DNA of 62,967 nucleotides, filler included, from Reclinomonas americana ATCC 50394 (Eukaryota): NCBI GenBank assembly GCA_048213135.1. It is 17 parts of 17 records of this genome, joined end to end, with 100 filler letters (N's around TTAATTAATTAA, not from the genome) between each part and the next. Parts side by side here need not be neighbours in the genome. Positions count along the whole stretch, not along the records: positions 56,929 to 61,645 come from AFZH01019847.1; positions 61,746 to 62,967 come from AFZH01019850.1; 15 more parts are not named here. One strand, 5' to 3'. Shown piece by piece: positions 59,578 to 62,967 of this stretch (position 1 is its first letter; each line of letters starts with the position of its first letter). The notes under the pieces were generated by a model. It saw only the letters and a program-made list of their open reading frames with translations, ran no database searches and was not told where the DNA came from. The position numbers and the translations under genes were made by a program.

Positions 59578-60775
59578 CTAAGCAGCTTCTCGGATATCTG
59601 AATGTGCGTCTTGAAGTGCCGCGTATGTCTCGACCGCAACGCGTAACTCATCGCATACAATTGGAAAAATATCGCGACCGCGGCGCTCTGCAGTCTTTTC
59701 GACAGCGCCGAGCAACTGACCAATTTCTTCGAACTTCCGAGCCCGGTAATTATTAAGGATCGTGACCGTCTCCTCACACAACAGGTCGCACAAATAAGCA
59801 AGTTCATGCCGAGCGTCGTCGATCGAATCCGGTGACAGAGTTTCGCGCGCCGGTGGCGGCGCAGACTTTCGCTCGGTGAACTCCAGCTTGGAGTGCATAG
59901 GGACGACGATCTCGACCGTCTTCCCGCCGTTCCTAAAGCGCTTGAACTGACCGATCACGGAACCGGCGCGGACGCCATTGTTGTACCCCTCGTCGGCATG
60001 CACGGGGGCTTCCGCGTCATCGTCCTCAGCGTCCTCACCCTGCGGCGTGTCGGGCGATCCGTTGTGAAACCGGTCCACCGCAACGAGGCCAGCCTCATCG
60101 TCTTCGACGGCTTCCTCCTCGGCGTCGTCAAGTTCGATGTCGAGGTTATCATTCTCGGCATCCGCGCCGCGTAGGCCGTCTGCAAACTTGATATCGCCTG
60201 CACGGATCAGCCGGCCCGAGAAGGTCGATTTGGCAACCTTGCCACCGACGATGACCACGCGACTGCGCGTCTCGACGATCTCAATCGCGCGCTCTTGGCC
60301 ATCGATGACCGCGGTTTTGATGTTGCGGCCTTCGGCACGGAGCGCTTCTGCCTCAGCAGGATCGATGCGGCGAACTAGGCTCTCGGTCTTCTCCGCCGTC
60401 TCAACCCCTGTCAGAAGTTTGTCGAGTTGGCGCCTTATCGCGGCGGTCTTGTTTGGCAGCCAGTCCCGGCTGACGCCCTCGACGGAGGGCCCTGCCTGCT
60501 GATCCTCCCCGTCATCATCGCGATCGTCATCTACTAACCCGGCCCCGGCCATCCAGCTTGACTGGACAACGTCCGCCTCTGCCGCTTCCCATAAAGCCTT
60601 CCATCGCAAAATGGGGCGGCACCGGTCGGCTAACGCGGCGTGCCGCGGCGCCTTCGACGTCGCAGCGCGCGGGAAGATTTTTCCGTCCATAATCGGTGCG
60701 GTGGCGGCCCATGCCGCTACGGCGGCACGATGCTGTTCGGGCGTCCTAAGGTTGTCATTGGAAGCGATGTTCATG
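59578..60775 (-). CDS. Hypothetical phage-related protein with acidic tracts and a possible C-terminal HTH
   Basis: Long ORF with GGGAGG RBS; C-terminal FEEIGQLLGAVEKTAERRG is HTH-like. Confidence 0.55.
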
Positions 60776-61745
60776 GTTTGCCCTCCCAGGCAGTTCAAAC
60801 GTACTTTCCCGGCCCACAGGCGGGCGCTGGCGGCTATTTCAGATATAGGCGGTAGGTGAGTAGCAGAGCGAGTCGGATGGCCGGCTATGGCGCTCTCATA
60901 CTAAATTTAGTCCCTCAGCGAGCGAAACGTCAAGGAATCGCTACATCTAGTAGGAAGATGTGGATCAGAGGGGTAAGCTTCAAGGCGCATCCTAACCACT
61001 TGATGGTCCTGACGGATTCGCCCGGCTGTTGCTCCGTGGTCCGTCCGTTTCCTGACGTCATGCGCCGCGATTTCGGTGCCCCCGGAACAATCCCTGCCAA
61101 GCCGCGTTCATGCGCGCCAGGGGAGGCTGCAATGTTGGTAAGTGGTGGGACTGTCGGTGTCCTTTTGCGAGTTGGGATCGTTGTCGTGCTAGCCGCGGGC
61201 GTGGTCCTGCCGGTCTTGTTGTGGCGGTAGTCGGCCAAAGCAGTGACCGGACCTTTCCCGCTCCGCGTAATCGTTACTTACACCCACAAACTTTGGTTGG
61301 CCCGCAGCTTGCGGTTACCGCTTCGCTGTGCCTGTGCCGACCCAGTTTGAAACAGAATGTGTTGAGTGGGGTCACCATGAAGCAAAAAACGAGATCGCCT
61401 ACGGTTTCTCTCGATAATGGCACAGGCACGCAAGAAACGACGAAAGGCAAGACTCGCCGCGCAAGCCAGGCCGACGGAGCTGAGGCTCGTTTGGTCATCC
61501 GACTGGAGAGAGGATCCTGTCGAAAAGTAGCCTGAGCCTCGCGCGCGCTGTGCGTGATCGCGCGCGTGAGTCCTCATAGCTTTTCTTGAGTTAGCGTTCG
61601 TGCTCGAGGACGGCGCCGTTCCGGCGATTCAGAGGCTCCGAGGATNNNNNNNNNNNNNNNNNNNNNNNNNNNNNNNNNNNNNNNNNNNNTTAATTAATTA
61701 ANNNNNNNNNNNNNNNNNNNNNNNNNNNNNNNNNNNNNNNNNNNN

Positions 61746-62940
61746 TGCAGGCTGACTGCCTGCCGCTCGCGCACCCAGTGCCGCAGGAAGCGCGTGAAGG
61801 TGCCGGACGAGCGCGGATGCGATGTCGCCTCGTCCGGCAGCGGCCAGGCGTCGCCGGTATAGGTCGATCCGTCCGGCATCGACCACGGCATGGCGTCCGA
61901 GGCGATCGCGCCGCCGGGATACAGGACCGAGAGGTCGAGCATGTCACGATGGCGGGCGTTGTTCTCGGTGTCGAGCACATGCCACAGGACGAGCTGCGAC
62001 GGGTCTTCGGACTGGGCGGCGAGCAGGTCCTCGCGGTCCTGGATCCGGCGCCCGCTGGTGACCAGCTGGATCTGCTCGTAGCGCGTGTCGTTGCGGCGCT
62101 CGAATTCGGGGTCGCTGAAGAACGCGGCCGCGATCACCGTCGAGCCCGTGCCGTAGGGATAGGCTTCCACCGTGATCGGCAGGCCCTGCGCCTGCGCCTT
62201 CTTGATCAGCCGCGCGCAGCGTTCGACATCGGTCTTGCTGGAGCTGTTGAAATGGCAGATGTGCATATGCGCGCCGGTCGCGCCGGCATAGCCGATCAGG
62301 CGGATATAGGCTTCCGCCGCACTCTTCGGATCGGTATTCGCCATATAGGCGATATGGGTGAAGGTCGGCACGCCGCGCTCGGCGGCGAGCTGGCACAGCG
62401 CCGTCAGTTCCTGCACGCCCGCGCCGGGGGCGTAAGCGTTCAGGATGCCGATGCCGATGCCGCCCTCGTCGAGTCCGGCCGCGATACGCTCGAGGATGTT
62501 CTGCTGCTCGGACGGCGATGAGATATTGTCCATCCAGCGTGGATCGCGCATCGCGCGCCCGAACGCCTCCAGCGACGATTCCTCGTTGATGCCGATCATC
62601 GCGCCGATCCGGGCGAAGGCCCAGTTCGTGGCGGCGCCGTAGTTCAGGATGCGGCCCTGCTCCGCCTGCCGGCGATACCAGGAGGCGACCGGCAGCACCC
62701 CGGCCTCGAGGTCCAGCGTCGTGGTGACACCGTCGAAGGCCTGCATGCGGTCGGCCGGGATCGACTGGCCATGGGCGTGAAGGTCGATGAAGCCGGGGGC
62801 CACGACCAATCCCCGCGCGTCGATCATGCGCTCGGCGCTGCCGAGGCCGAAGCCGATCGCAACGATCCGTCCGTCCGCAACTGCGACATCGGCGATGTCG
62901 TCATGGCCGCTTTCCGGATCGACGACGCGGCCGCCCGCGA
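61746..62940 (-). CDS. Amidohydrolase, N-acyl-D-amino-acid deacylase-like, partial
   Basis: GGRVVDP...DVAVADGRI...IDARGLVVAPGFIDLHAH, FTH, HICH, EAYPY, IASDA, HPRSSGTF. Confidence 0.85.
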
Positions 62941-62967
62941 CTCAACAGTCCGCTCGATCTGCCCTTG

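Larger units (their letters stand above)
57374..60800 (-). mobile_element. Prophage remnant or phage-satellite-like gene cluster
   Basis: Codon usage differs from neighbouring host genes. Co-oriented, tightly coupled genes include an HK97 prohead protease. Confidence 0.55.
48832..62967. other. Alphaproteobacterial (Hyphomicrobiales, Bosea/Methylobacterium-like) contigs
   Basis: Abrupt switch at a spacer to intronless, densely packed, GC3-rich genes with no microsatellites. Gene content (ecm/meaA; comF-grxC-nitrilase order) is typical of Rhizobiales. Confidence 0.9.

Overview
The window is a draft-assembly pseudo-scaffold: 17 contig pieces joined by 100-nt artificial spacers (44 N + TTAATTAATTAA + 44 N). 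It holds two unrelated genomes. Bases 1-48731 come from an intron-rich, microsatellite-rich unicellular eukaryote. This part carries BRK1, U1-70K, a TmcB-like membrane protein with three PAS domains and a class III nucleotidyl cyclase, an RWDD2-like gene, a K+ channel, a WD40 gene array, SEY1/RHD3 and a bZIP factor. Bases 48832-62967 are high-GC, intronless alphaproteobacterial DNA (Bosea/Methylobacterium-like, probably a co-cultured contaminant) and include a small prophage or satellite-like remnant. The most interesting signal is a candidate protist innate-immunity region with two proteins carrying putative HEPN RNase domains. The first is a UBL-HEPN(RNEMVH)-NACHT-pentapeptide-14xWD40 NLR-like STAND protein, embedded in an array of diversifying 7-blade WD40 genes that share its repeat unit and carry a conserved C-terminal tail. 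The second is a spliced ankyrin/coiled-coil/HEPN(RNRVSH)/protein-kinase gene, which has the RNase L domain set in a permuted order. SEY1 intron 1 is an AT-AC, U12-type intron. All domain calls come from reading motifs by eye; no database searches were run.
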